Positions 49,065 to 58,891 of a DNA stretch of 64,000 nucleotides are shown here, in pieces. Position numbers and translations under genes: made by a program. Under the pieces are notes generated by a model, which saw only the letters and a program-made list of their open reading frames with translations, did not search any database and was not told the DNA's origin. Each line of letters opens with the position of its first letter. Within the stretch, counting starts at the first letter, position 1. The stretch is from Bacteroidia bacterium (GTDB lineage: Bacteria > Bacteroidota > Bacteroidia > M30B66). Where the stretch lies: assembly GCA_965279035.1 (NCBI GenBank), contig OZ257142.1, positions 608,001 through 672,000 of the forward strand, written 5' to 3'.

Positions 49065-49651
49065 AACTCGAATATGAAGACGGGCAAACACCGTTAAGTG
49101 AAGAAGAAAAAGAAGGATTACGATTAAAAACAATTACTACACATGGCGAATTAGATGAGCATGAACAGTTAAATATTGAGAAAGCGATTGAATGGACAAT
49201 AAAAACAAAATTCAAAACGGAAAAAATATTAACCGAAGATTTTATAAAACTACTTCATAAAAAAATGCTCGGAAATGTTTGGACCTGGGCAGGAGAATTT
49301 CGAAAATCAGAAAAGAACATTGGAGTTAAATGGGTGATGATTAGAATTGAATTGAAGGCACTACTTGAAGACACAAAGTATTGGATAGAAAATAAGACTT
49401 TTTCAGATGAAGAGATTGCAATTCGATTCAAACACCGCTTAGTAAATATTCATTGCTTCCCGAATGGTAATGGGCGACATTCAAGAATAATGGCAGATAT
49501 AATTATGGAATCAATATTCGGAAATGAACCATTTTCATGGAATCATTCCAATATGGTTAAAGCCAATCAAACTAGGAAAAACTATATAAATGCAATACGA
49601 GAAGGCGATATAGGAAACATTCAACCCTTAATCGACTTTGCGAAAAACTAA
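49055..49651 (+). CDS. Mobile mystery protein B (Fic domain)
   Basis: GQTPL, LHKKMLGNVWTWAGEFR, Fic motif HCFPNGNGRHSR. Confidence 0.92.
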   Translation: MGLELEYEDGQTPLSEEEKEGLRLKTITTHGELDEHEQLNIEKAIEWTIKTKFKTEKILTEDFIKLLHKKMLGNVWTWAGEFRKSEKNIGVKWVMIRIELKALLEDTKYWIENKTFSDEEIAIRFKHRLVNIHCFPNGNGRHSRIMADIIMESIFGNEPFSWNHSNMVKANQTRKNYINAIREGDIGNIQPLIDFAKN

Positions 49652-49822
49652 TAATCTGTAGATATAAGCACAGGATAGAAAAGTCAAACTTTCTGATTCA
49701 TTAATTCATCCTATTTTATCTGGACATTTATTCAATGAATCCATTCTACTCACTTTATTAAGTTCTTCAACTGTGTGAAGTTTGGAGATTAATGTAAACT
49801 GCTAAAATGACTTAGGCTTCAA

Positions 49823-51271
49823 TTATCCAACACTTCCTTCCAAACTAACGGAAAGTAGTTTTTGTGCTTCTACTGCAAATTCCATCGGTAATTGTTTCAA
49901 AACCTCTTTGCAATATCCATTTACTATTAAGCCAATGGCTTTCTCAGTATCAATTCCACGTTGTTTACAGTAAAACAATTGGTCTTCACCAATCTTAGAA
50001 GTAGTGGCTTCGTGTTCAACAATGGCGGTAGGATTTTTTATTTCAATGTATGGAAAGGTGTGCGCTCCGCATTGATCACCCATGAGCAATGAATCACATT
50101 GAGAAAAATTACGCGCATTGGCTGCTTTCAGACTGATACGAACTAATCCACGATAACTATTTTGACTTTTACCAGCAGAGATTCCTTTGGAGATGATGGT
50201 GCTTTTCGTGTTTTTGCCCAAATGAATCATCTTGGTTCCGGTGTCGGCTTGTTGCATATTGTTGGTTACTGCAACAGAGTAAAATTCACCCACCGATGAA
50301 TCTCCTTTCAAAATCACACTTGGGTATTTCCAGGTGATGGCTGAGCCTGTTTCTACTTGTGTCCAGGAAATTTTTGCACCATATCCAGCGCATATGCCTC
50401 GTTTGGTAACGAAATTAAAAATTCCTCCAAGGCCGTTTTTATCACCTGGATACCAATTCTGAACGGTGCTGTATTTTACTTCTCCTTTTTCTTGTGCAAT
50501 AATTTCTACAACGGCAGCATGAAGTTGATTTTCGTCACGCATGGGAGCTGTACAACCTTCCAAATAACTCACGTAAGCGCCTTCTTCAGCAATAATTAAC
50601 GTGCGTTCGAACTGACCTGTTCCGGATGCATTGATACGGAAATAGGTAGATAATTCCATAGGACAACGAACACCTTTAGGAATATAACAAAATGAGCCAT
50701 CAGTAAATACTGCAGAATTCAAGGCTGCATAGTAATTATCTGTATAAGGAACCACCGAGCCCATATATTTCTGGACTAATTCGGGATGATCAATTACCGC
50801 TTCACTAAAGGAGCAGAAAATTATTCCTAGCTCGCCCAGTTTTTCTTTGAATGTGGTTTTTACCGAAACCGAATCAATTACTGCATCTACTGCAACTCCT
50901 GTAAGTCGCTTTTGTTCGAGAAGTGAAATGCCCAGTTTTTCGAATGTTTTACGAAGTTCCGGATCTACTTCATCTAAGCTATTGAGTTGTTTTGTTTTCT
51001 TGGGTGCAGCATAATAGATTATGTTTTGGAAATCTATTTTCGGATAATGCACATGTGCCCAAACTGGTTCTTCCAATGTTATCCAATACCGATACGCCTT
51101 TAATCGGTAGGCCAACATCCATTCTGGTTCTTTCTTTTTTGCAGAAATAAAACGGATGATATCTTCATTCAGCCCTTTGGGCGCAGAATCCATCTCGATA
51201 TCAGTGGTAAATCCCCACTTATAATCGGAATTGATGTGCGATTCAAGAATTTCGTTGCCCTCTGCTGACAT
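49823..51271 (-). CDS. sufB: Fe-S cluster assembly protein SufB
   Basis: [52 protein letters not shown]; no intein. Confidence 0.98.
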   Translation of the reverse strand: MSAEGNEILESHINSDYKWGFTTDIEMDSAPKGLNEDIIRFISAKKKEPEWMLAYRLKAYRYWITLEEPVWAHVHYPKIDFQNIIYYAAPKKTKQLNSLDEVDPELRKTFEKLGISLLEQKRLTGVAVDAVIDSVSVKTTFKEKLGELGIIFCSFSEAVIDHPELVQKYMGSVVPYTDNYYAALNSAVFTDGSFCYIPKGVRCPMELSTYFRINASGTGQFERTLIIAEEGAYVSYLEGCTAPMRDENQLHAAVVEIIAQEKGEVKYSTVQNWYPGDKNGLGGIFNFVTKRGICAGYGAKISWTQVETGSAITWKYPSVILKGDSSVGEFYSVAVTNNMQQADTGTKMIHLGKNTKSTIISKGISAGKSQNSYRGLVRISLKAANARNFSQCDSLLMGDQCGAHTFPYIEIKNPTAIVEHEATTSKIGEDQLFYCKQRGIDTEKAIGLIVNGYCKEVLKQLPMEFAVEAQKLLSVSLEGSVG

Positions 51272-51290
51272 GATTTATATTTAAAAAAAA

Positions 51291-51617
51291 TTAAACGGCG
51301 AAACTTTCTCCGCATCCGCAAGTTCGTGTCGCATTTGGATTATTAAATGAAAATCCTTTCCCATTCAATCCTCCCGAATACTCGAGTACTGTTCCTACCA
51401 AATACAAGAAACTCTTCTTATCAACCAGAATTTTCACTCCCTTGTCTTCAAATAACTGATCTCCATCACGTCGTTCTGCATCAAAATCCATTTTATAAGA
51501 AAGTCCAGAACAACCTCCTCCTTCAACACCAACACGTAAATAACTATCAACTTTATGATTTCCTTCAGTCATTAAGCTCATCAATTTTTCTTTTGCAGTT
51601 TCAGATACTGATATCAT
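51291..51617 (-). CDS. A-type Fe-S carrier (IscA/SufA/HesB family)
   Basis: GGGCSGLSY and NPNATRTCGCGESF. Start taken at MISVSE (51617). Confidence 0.95.
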   Translation of the reverse strand: MISVSETAKEKLMSLMTEGNHKVDSYLRVGVEGGGCSGLSYKMDFDAERRDGDQLFEDKGVKILVDKKSFLYLVGTVLEYSGGLNGKGFSFNNPNATRTCGCGESFAV

Positions 51618-51680
51618 ATTGAATCTATCTTTTCTGTTAAACAAGCAGCTTTCGGTTTAGTTTCAAAAGCAGGGTTTTTA

Positions 51681-51712
51681 TTTAGACTTATTCTAAACAG
51701 ATGGCAAATATA
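51681..51712 (-). promoter_or_regulatory. Fe-S operon promoter: -7 box plus feoA-type palindrome
   Basis: TTTAGACTTATTCTAAA at 51681-51697; TATATTTG on the minus strand at 51705-51712. Confidence 0.68.
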
Positions 51713-51859
51713 CGCATTGACGGGGAGTTAATCAACATCAAGATTTGTTTGTTTTGATAAAATTCAATCAGAAATTTTTCGTTTAGAAATTTTTCATGGT
51801 AACAATTAGAAAGAAAATCCAAAATTCAAAAACTATATTTGTCGAAATAGTCAGGAGAT

Positions 51860-52633
51860 ATGAGTAGTACTGAGGAAACAGAAAAGAAGATTACCCATCA
51901 TTTAGAAGAGTGGTTAAGTGTTACCCAAAATACAGAAATCAATAAAAATATTCAGGGGTTTATTGAATCTGCAAAATCGGCTTTAAATATTCTCGCTAAT
52001 ACACGAGTAGCAGCATTTATTTACGATTATGAGCGTGGAAATTATGCGTATTTCAACAGCTATTTTCCCGAATTAATGAATACCACTTCAGAGAGAATTG
52101 AGGAAATTGGAATCCGAATAATGCAGGAGAGTGTTCATCCGGAAGATTTTATAAAATGCTTAAGTATAACTCGTCGCTCGCTTGCTGTATTTGATTTAAT
52201 GAAAGACGATGAGAAAGAAAGTACTCAGCTACGTTTATTTTTTCGCATTAAAAGAGCAAGTGGCGAATATTTCTGGGTGATGCAAAGTAATCGTCAAGTG
52301 AGATGGAGTAAATATGCACCAACGCTCGACTTAGCATATATCGTAGAGCTTTTCAATGATCATCACCCTATGAAAGTGATGGCTGTTTTGCAAACGAACA
52401 GTCGAAACATGAATATTTTTCCTGATGATGATACTGTTTTGTTAAGTAAGCTCACTATGCGCGAAATGGAAGTACTTCGGCTTGCATCCATGGGGCTTTC
52501 AACAAAAAATATTGCAGATAAATTGGTGGTTTCGGAAAATACAATTAAAACTCACCGACATAATCTAATCAAAAAACTCAAGGTTCGAAATATTGTTCAA
52601 GCTTCGAGTATGCTTGAAAAAATAGTAAATTAA
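51860..52633 (+). CDS. PAS-like + LuxR HTH transcriptional regulator
   Basis: VHPEDF and FRIKRASGEYFWV (PAS/PAC-like); LTMREMEVL...SENTIKTHRHNLIKKL. -7 box TATATTTG at 51834-51841. Confidence 0.88.
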   Translation: MSSTEETEKKITHHLEEWLSVTQNTEINKNIQGFIESAKSALNILANTRVAAFIYDYERGNYAYFNSYFPELMNTTSERIEEIGIRIMQESVHPEDFIKCLSITRRSLAVFDLMKDDEKESTQLRLFFRIKRASGEYFWVMQSNRQVRWSKYAPTLDLAYIVELFNDHHPMKVMAVLQTNSRNMNIFPDDDTVLLSKLTMREMEVLRLASMGLSTKNIADKLVVSENTIKTHRHNLIKKLKVRNIVQASSMLEKIVN

Positions 52634-53289
52634 TACTGATTTTTCATCTCCTGAAAAACAGCTGTTGCCCAACGTTTATATTCAATTCCTGAAGGATGAA
52701 GGCCATCGGTTGCAACAAGTTCATTCGAATGAATTGCTTCTTTTGAACCGACTGTTATATCCACATAATGAACTCCCATTTTAAGGCTAATTTCCTTGTT
52801 GATGGAATTAAACAAATCAATTTCTGTGGCAATAGCTGCCATATCACGATCGGCTGCAAAAGGCGTTGAGCCCCAATCGGGAATAGAAACTACCACTACG
52901 TGATTCTTATTTCCACCAGCAAAATCAATAGCTTGCTGCAATAGTTGTGTAAATTCCTTCCGATAAATCTCTGGAGAATTACCACGATATTGGTTATTCA
53001 CCCCGATGAGCAATGAAACAAGATCAAAAACGCCCTGTGGATTTTGTTCTAAAATAGCAGCTTGTAATTCGTCAGTTGTCCAACCCGTTTTTGCAATGAT
53101 TTCGGGCGATTGAAAATGAACAGTTGATGAGTTTATCCTACTCACAAACTGCATTGGCCAACGTTCTGATTCGCTTACTGCTTCACCGATGGTATAGGAA
53201 TCACCCAGTGCCAGAAATCGAAGCTGCTTTTGAGCTGTTGATTCTATCATTGTCAATAGAAGAATAGAAAATATGAAAATACGACTCAA
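52630..53289 (-). CDS. SGNH/GDSL hydrolase
   Basis: LALGDSYT, LIGVNN, DGLHP. Confidence 0.92.
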   Translation of the reverse strand: MSRIFIFSILLLTMIESTAQKQLRFLALGDSYTIGEAVSESERWPMQFVSRINSSTVHFQSPEIIAKTGWTTDELQAAILEQNPQGVFDLVSLLIGVNNQYRGNSPEIYRKEFTQLLQQAIDFAGGNKNHVVVVSIPDWGSTPFAADRDMAAIATEIDLFNSINKEISLKMGVHYVDITVGSKEAIHSNELVATDGLHPSGIEYKRWATAVFQEMKNQY

Positions 53290-54767
53290 AGTTCTTTACG
53301 CATCCGTGCTACCGGAATATTAAGTTGTTCTCGGTATTTAGCAACGGTTCTGCGTGCTATGTTATAGCCTTTTTCACGTAATACTTTGGCGAGTTTATCG
53401 TCAGTAACAGGATGACTTTTATCTTCTGCAGCCACACATTCTTCCAATATTTTCTTCACTTCACGTGTCGAAACTTCTTCTCCCGAATCGGTCGATAATG
53501 ATTCTGAGAAAAAGGATTTTAGCAAGAATGTACCAAACGAGGTTTGAATATATTTGCTATTTGCAACTCGAGAAATTGTAGAAATATCAAGGAAAACCTT
53601 TTCAGCGATGTCTTTTAAAATCATTGGACGAAGTTTGGTTTCATCGCCACTGAGGAAGTATTCGTATTGATAATCCAAAATGCACTGCATCGTAAGCATA
53701 AGTGTTTGTTGACGTTGCTTAATTGCATCAATAAACCAGCGAGCAGAATCTATCTTTTGTTTAACGAACAAAACTGCATCACGTTGTTCTTTGTCGGATA
53801 CTTTTTTGGTTTTGCTATAATGAATGAGCATCTCCTGATACGTTCGGCTAATTCGAAGATCAGGAGCATTTCTAGAATTAAGTTGAAGTTCTAAAACACC
53901 TTCGTTATTATTCAGAATAAAATCAGGAATTATATGTTGAGTGCTCTTAGGAGAATCACTTTGAGAATTACCCGGCCTTGGATTTAATTTTAAAATTTCC
54001 TTAATCGCAGCTTTTAATTCCGTATCGGTTAATTCTAGCTTCTTGGCAATTTTATCATAGTGCTTGCGCGAAATTTCATCGATGCATTCACGCAAAATCA
54101 CCGCTGCTGTTTTCATCTCAACCGTTTGATGTTCTTTTCGGCGAAGTTGAATTAACAAACATTCCTGTAAATCGCGTGCACCAATGCCCGGAGGATCTAA
54201 TTCTTGGACTTCTTTTAAAAGTCGCAACACATCTTCCTCGCTGGTTAATATGTTTTGTGAAAAAGCTAAATCATCAACGATGGCGCTTATCTCTCGCCGT
54301 AAATATCCATCTTCATCAATGTTTCCAATTAAATACTCTGCTATAGGAAACTCTTCTGCACTCACATCGCGCAAGCCAAGTTGACTCAGCAGTTGCTCTT
54401 GAAATCCTTGTCCACCGGCAAAAGGAATCTCCTTCCGTTCATCGTCTGGACTATAATTGTTCGCTGTTAATTTATATGCAGGTGTTTCATCATCATCGAT
54501 ATAAGCACTTAAATCAAAATCTTCTCGATTCTGCTCCGAATGTGCTTCTTCATCGCCATCGTCTTTCGTTCCAAATGGATCTTCTCCAGCTTCTTCGTCT
54601 TTGACATCATCCGAATCAGTTCCTTCTTCCAAGGCTGGATTTATCTCCAACTCTTCTTTTATTCGTTGTTCAAGTGAAACCGTTGGTACTTGCAACAGTT
54701 TCATCAGTTGAATCTGTTGGGGAGATAATTTCTGCAGAAGTTTCTGCTGTAAACCTTGCTTAAGCAT
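53286..54767 (-). CDS. rpoN: RNA polymerase sigma-54 factor
   Basis: Q-rich region I (LQQKLLQKLSPQQIQ), DPPGIGARDLQECL, RpoN box ARRTVAKYRE. Confidence 0.97.
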   Translation of the reverse strand: MLKQGLQQKLLQKLSPQQIQLMKLLQVPTVSLEQRIKEELEINPALEEGTDSDDVKDEEAGEDPFGTKDDGDEEAHSEQNREDFDLSAYIDDDETPAYKLTANNYSPDDERKEIPFAGGQGFQEQLLSQLGLRDVSAEEFPIAEYLIGNIDEDGYLRREISAIVDDLAFSQNILTSEEDVLRLLKEVQELDPPGIGARDLQECLLIQLRRKEHQTVEMKTAAVILRECIDEISRKHYDKIAKKLELTDTELKAAIKEILKLNPRPGNSQSDSPKSTQHIIPDFILNNNEGVLELQLNSRNAPDLRISRTYQEMLIHYSKTKKVSDKEQRDAVLFVKQKIDSARWFIDAIKQRQQTLMLTMQCILDYQYEYFLSGDETKLRPMILKDIAEKVFLDISTISRVANSKYIQTSFGTFLLKSFFSESLSTDSGEEVSTREVKKILEECVAAEDKSHPVTDDKLAKVLREKGYNIARRTVAKYREQLNIPVARMRKEL

Positions 54768-55012
54768 CGTGATGCAATGTTAGTGAAAATCGGGTTCTGT
54801 CTGTTAAATGCTCTGTTGACAGGAATTTCCAAAAGCAATAATACAGGGTTGAAACGAGAATTTTCTAAGCCTGTTACTTCGCAATGAAATTAAATACCTA
54901 AATTCAACTTTCAATTTTTAAAATTGCTTGATACTTAAATCATCACGTAATAAAAATTTAAAAAGAATAGGGGATGAACCCTTCGTAAGGTGTCTTACGT
55001 TAAAATGAATTC

Positions 55013-55651
55013 ATGAAACGTTTTGCTTCTCGTGTTTTTTCGATCGATGCTTTTCGATTGATGTGTTTGTTGATTCTTGCATTCATGCAGGCAAGTCCTG
55101 TTTTAGGAGGAAATTCACCATCTCACACGCAACAACTACATTATACTGTATATGTGAGTGGAAGTAATCGAGGATCGCTAAACGCTGAAATTATTCGAAA
55201 GGCAGATAAATCCTTTGATATCCGACTTGAAACGAAATTACATTTTCCTTTTACGGATGTTGTTTCTCTGATTCAAGTTCATTATACAGCTCAAGGTTTA
55301 GAGAACGCTTCTTCTCAGAAACACATCAACAACGACTTGAAAGAATATTTTCAAACCAGACGTGCCGAAGGTGGTTATACGGTGGTAGATGTTGATGGAA
55401 ACAAAAGCATTTTCCCCGGAAAAATCCCTTTCAGTGTGGGGCGTTTATATCACGATGAACCTGTTGGAATGAAGGAATTATTCTCCGAACGTCTTGGCAC
55501 ATTTGTTCCTATCCGAACACTCAAAGCCGGCGAATACGAGCTCTTACAACCCGACGGAAAAAAGAATGTTTTCGTTTATCGTTATGGCATCTGTACTGAA
55601 ATGCGCACCGAAATGATGGCTTGCAATGTTCGCTTTGTGCTAACCGACTAA
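55013..55651 (+). CDS. Hypothetical exported beta-rich protein
   Basis: 212-aa ORF with a hydrophobic N-terminal segment; no catalytic motif recognised. Confidence 0.65.
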   Translation: MKRFASRVFSIDAFRLMCLLILAFMQASPVLGGNSPSHTQQLHYTVYVSGSNRGSLNAEIIRKADKSFDIRLETKLHFPFTDVVSLIQVHYTAQGLENASSQKHINNDLKEYFQTRRAEGGYTVVDVDGNKSIFPGKIPFSVGRLYHDEPVGMKELFSERLGTFVPIRTLKAGEYELLQPDGKKNVFVYRYGICTEMRTEMMACNVRFVLTD

Positions 55652-57084
55652 AATTCTAGGTTTTTCGGCGTACGCGGAAATGGTATCACATCGCGGATAT
55701 TTCCCATTCCAGTTACAAACAACACCAAACGCTCAAAACCTAATCCGAATCCACTGTGCGGAACCGTTCCATATTGACGGGTTTCCAAATACCACCACAA
55801 ACTTTCGCGGTGTATTTTCATCTCATCAATGCGGCGACTAAGTTTTTCGTAATCTTCCTCCCGTTGTGAACCTCCAATGATTTCACCAATTCCTGGGAAA
55901 AGAACATCCATCGCCCGTACCGTTTTTCCATCTTCATCTTGCTTCATATAAAAAGCTTTGATGTCTTTTGGATAATTGGTCAGAATTACGGGTTTCTTGA
56001 AATGCTTTTCTACCAAATAACGCTCGTGTTCGCTTTGTAAATCAACGCCCCATTGAACGGGGTATTCAAACTTTTTACCGCTGCGTTCTAAAATGCTGAT
56101 AGCTTCAGTATAAGTCAAACGTTCAAAAGGTTGCTCAGCAACAAAATTCAATTTCTCTAGAAGTGCCATTGGATTGCGATCTTCTTTCTTCATCTGGCTT
56201 TCTTCCTCAATCAGGCGTTTTTCTAAAAATGCCAAATCATCGGCACAATACTCCATTGCATAGCGAATGAGGTATTTGAGGAAATCTTCCGCCAAATCCA
56301 TATTGTCTTCCAACTCGAAAAATGCCATTTCGGGTTCAATCATCCAGAACTCTGCTAAGTGACGAGTCGTGTTTGAATTTTCAGCACGGAATGTTGGTCC
56401 GAATGTGTAAACACGCGAAAGTGCCATGGCTGCTAGTTCCGATTCTAACTGTCCAGAAACGGTCAAGTTTGCATCTTTCCCAAAGAAATCCTGAGTTGAA
56501 TCAATACTGCCATCTTCGTTACGTGGCGGATTTGCAGCGTCTAAGGTCGTTACACGAAACATTTCACCTGCACCTTCAGCATCCGAACCTGTGATAATAG
56601 GAGCGTGGATGTAGTAAAAATGGTTGTCATTAAAATACTTGTGTATCGCAAAGGCTAAGGCATGACGAATACGCAAAATGGCTCCAAACGTATTGGTACG
56701 AGGACGTAAATGGGCAATCTCACGTAAGAATTCAAGTGTGTGTTTTTTCTTTTGAAGGGGGAACTTTTCAGCATCGGCCTCACCTAAAACTTCAATCTTG
56801 CTTGCAGAAAGATCGACTGCTTGTCCAGCACCTTGCGATGCAACTAAATTCCCTGTAACACGAAGGCTACAACCTGTTTGAACTTTCTTTAACAGCTCTT
56901 CGTCGAACTTTGAAAGATCAGCAACGATTTGAAGATTATGGATGGTTGAACCATCGCTCAATGCTATAAAGGCAATGTCTTTATTGCCACGTTTGGTTCG
57001 TACCCAGCCGGATACAGTAATTTCTTGGTTTTCGGGTTGGGTTATCAACCAATCGGCAATTCGTTTTTGATGCAGCGCACTCAT
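55648..57084 (-). CDS. asnS: Asparagine--tRNA ligase
   Basis: GWVRTKR OB fold, [39 protein letters not shown]. Confidence 0.97.
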   Translation of the reverse strand: MSALHQKRIADWLITQPENQEITVSGWVRTKRGNKDIAFIALSDGSTIHNLQIVADLSKFDEELLKKVQTGCSLRVTGNLVASQGAGQAVDLSASKIEVLGEADAEKFPLQKKKHTLEFLREIAHLRPRTNTFGAILRIRHALAFAIHKYFNDNHFYYIHAPIITGSDAEGAGEMFRVTTLDAANPPRNEDGSIDSTQDFFGKDANLTVSGQLESELAAMALSRVYTFGPTFRAENSNTTRHLAEFWMIEPEMAFFELEDNMDLAEDFLKYLIRYAMEYCADDLAFLEKRLIEEESQMKKEDRNPMALLEKLNFVAEQPFERLTYTEAISILERSGKKFEYPVQWGVDLQSEHERYLVEKHFKKPVILTNYPKDIKAFYMKQDEDGKTVRAMDVLFPGIGEIIGGSQREEDYEKLSRRIDEMKIHRESLWWYLETRQYGTVPHSGFGLGFERLVLFVTGMGNIRDVIPFPRTPKNLEF

Positions 57085-57138
57085 AGGTTATAGCTATTGA
57101 AGGCGCAAAAATAGTTCTTCCAATGGAATTCAAGCCCA

Positions 57139-57651
57139 TTAACCTTGAAGCAGTTTCAAATGTGCAGTATGATGCTTGCCATGCCAGCTATATAAAGCAG
57201 ATAAATAGGCAATCGAACGTGTGTATTGATACTGAGGATGGGTAAACATGCGGTGAAAATCAAGCTCTTGCAAACGATCGAGCAGATAAACCAAATGAGC
57301 ATGTGTATTTTCTATCAAATCGAGCGAGAATGAAATAGGCATCTCATAATCGCTTAAGCGTGCCCATTTTTCTTCATTATAAGGTTTGATGGTTGGATTA
57401 TCTTCTGTCAAAGCAAGTTTTAATCGAATCAAGCAGTTGATATGAGAATCCGCCACATGATGAATGACTTGCTTCCCAGTCCAACCTTCGGGGCGATAAG
57501 GCTTTGATAATTGTTCATCGCTTAAGGAATTTGCTACTTCTCGTATTTCGGATGGCAAAGAACGAATGGAATCAATCCAGCCGCGAATATCTTCCATTGG
57601 ATACGTTTCGGGCACAACCAACTTGCCTATGGGAAAACGAAGATGTTCCAT
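57139..57651 (-). CDS. YfiT/BstA-like DinB-family thiol transferase
   Basis: LRFPIG, PYRPEGWT..QVIHHVADSH, LTEDNPTIKPY, WHGKHH. Confidence 0.88.
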   Translation of the reverse strand: MEHLRFPIGKLVVPETYPMEDIRGWIDSIRSLPSEIREVANSLSDEQLSKPYRPEGWTGKQVIHHVADSHINCLIRLKLALTEDNPTIKPYNEEKWARLSDYEMPISFSLDLIENTHAHLVYLLDRLQELDFHRMFTHPQYQYTRSIAYLSALYSWHGKHHTAHLKLLQG

Positions 57652-57653
57652 GA

Positions 57654-58166
57654 TTAGTTTGCTTTTGAACTGTCGGTCTTTATACTGAGCTTATGCTTTT
57701 TTGCAAAATCTTCTTGATTCCGTTGAAAATTGGCAATTAAATCCTCACATTTTTTATCAATCTGTTTGTACAGAATTTCCAAACGTGCCTCATCTCCTTC
57801 GGAATATAAACTATCAGGTTGCGAAAGAATCTTTTCTGCATCGAGGTATTCTTTTTTCACCAGATTCTCATAGCCTTCTAACATAGCAATAGCCGATTGT
57901 CGAAATGAATCATCGCCATCGTATGCTTCCATTTTACGAACCTGATTTAATGAAGCTTCAATTTGTCTTTCGAGCTGTTGATGACGCATTTGCATCTCTG
58001 CTTCCACATACGAACTGAAAGCATCTTGTAATTCATCTGATTTTTCAATCACCCGAATCTGTTGAATGACTAAAGAATCGTTATAGACTTCGGGCTTAAT
58101 AGATGGACCAGAGCATGCGCTAATGAGCATACAGAAAAAAAGACTACTCAGAAAGAAGGTTTTCAT
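57654..58166 (-). CDS. Helical lipoprotein of unknown function
   Basis: Lipobox ISA|C followed by predicted helical-bundle sequence. Confidence 0.75.
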   Translation of the reverse strand: MKTFFLSSLFFCMLISACSGPSIKPEVYNDSLVIQQIRVIEKSDELQDAFSSYVEAEMQMRHQQLERQIEASLNQVRKMEAYDGDDSFRQSAIAMLEGYENLVKKEYLDAEKILSQPDSLYSEGDEARLEILYKQIDKKCEDLIANFQRNQEDFAKKHKLSIKTDSSKAN

Positions 58167-58198
58167 AATGACAAAGAAAGCAATTCATTCCGTCCAAT

Positions 58199-58230
58199 AA
58201 AAAAAGCCTCCCATTTCTGAGAAGCCTTTT
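58199..58230 (-). terminator. Intrinsic terminator after the fasciclin gene
   Basis: Minus strand reads GGCUUCUCA-GAAA-UGGGAGGCU-UUUUUU. Confidence 0.8.
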
Positions 58231-58252
58231 CAATTGATTGGTTGTTTTAACT

Positions 58253-58810
58253 TTAATTCGATGGAAGAAGAACTGCATCAATTACGTTTATGACTCCATT
58301 CGATTGATTAACATCTTCGATTGTTATGTTTGCTACAGTTCCTTTTTCATCTTTTACAATGAAGTTTCTTTCTCCATTCATCATCACATACAATTTGCCT
58401 CCACTTAATGTTTCAAGAACTGCTGTTCCGTTTCCTGCTTTAATTTTTGCAGCCAAGGTGCGACTATCTAGTTTTCCAGCTACAACATGATAGGTGAGAA
58501 TCTTAGTGAGTTGTGCTTTGTTCTCAGGCTTCAACAACGTTTCAACTGTACCTGCTGGTAGATTTTCAAAGGCATCGTTCGTCGGTGCAAATACGGTTAA
58601 TGGACCTTTTTGTTGAAGCGCATCTACTAATCCTGCAGCTTTAACTGCTGCAACAAGTGTTGTGTGATCCTTTGAATTGACTGCATTTTCAACAATGTTT
58701 TTGGTTGGATACATGGTCATTCCACCAACCATGGTGTTTTGTGCTTGAAGTGAAAATCCCGCTAGGGTAATTCCTGCAATGAATAGTGCTGTTTTAATGT
58801 GAGTTTTCAT
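58253..58810 (-). CDS. Fasciclin (FAS1) domain protein
   Basis: HTTLVAAVKAAGLV, TVFAPTNDAF, ILTYHVV, SNGVINVIDAVLLP. Confidence 0.95.
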   Translation of the reverse strand: MKTHIKTALFIAGITLAGFSLQAQNTMVGGMTMYPTKNIVENAVNSKDHTTLVAAVKAAGLVDALQQKGPLTVFAPTNDAFENLPAGTVETLLKPENKAQLTKILTYHVVAGKLDSRTLAAKIKAGNGTAVLETLSGGKLYVMMNGERNFIVKDEKGTVANITIEDVNQSNGVINVIDAVLLPSN

Positions 58811-58866
58811 AGAGCTGAAAGTTTAGAAGTATGTTTTTTTGGTGTTTGAAATATTCTGCTTTCAGC

Positions 58867-58891
58867 TACGGAAGGGAGTGAGCGTTTGGAT
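58867..58891 (-). promoter_or_regulatory. Candidate ECF promoter of the fasciclin gene
   Basis: Minus strand ATCC-N17-CGTA, about 56 nt upstream of the ATG. Confidence 0.5.

Larger units (their letters stand above)
48430..49870. mobile_element. Integrase-less HTH/Fic cassette inserted at the sufB 3' end
   Basis: Bounded by the sufB-end direct repeat, visibly AT-richer than its flanks, and carrying only mobile mystery proteins A and B. Confidence 0.7.

Noticed and set aside
49823-51271. Possible SufB intein
   Set aside because: The 482-aa length and continuous SufB motifs leave no insertion.
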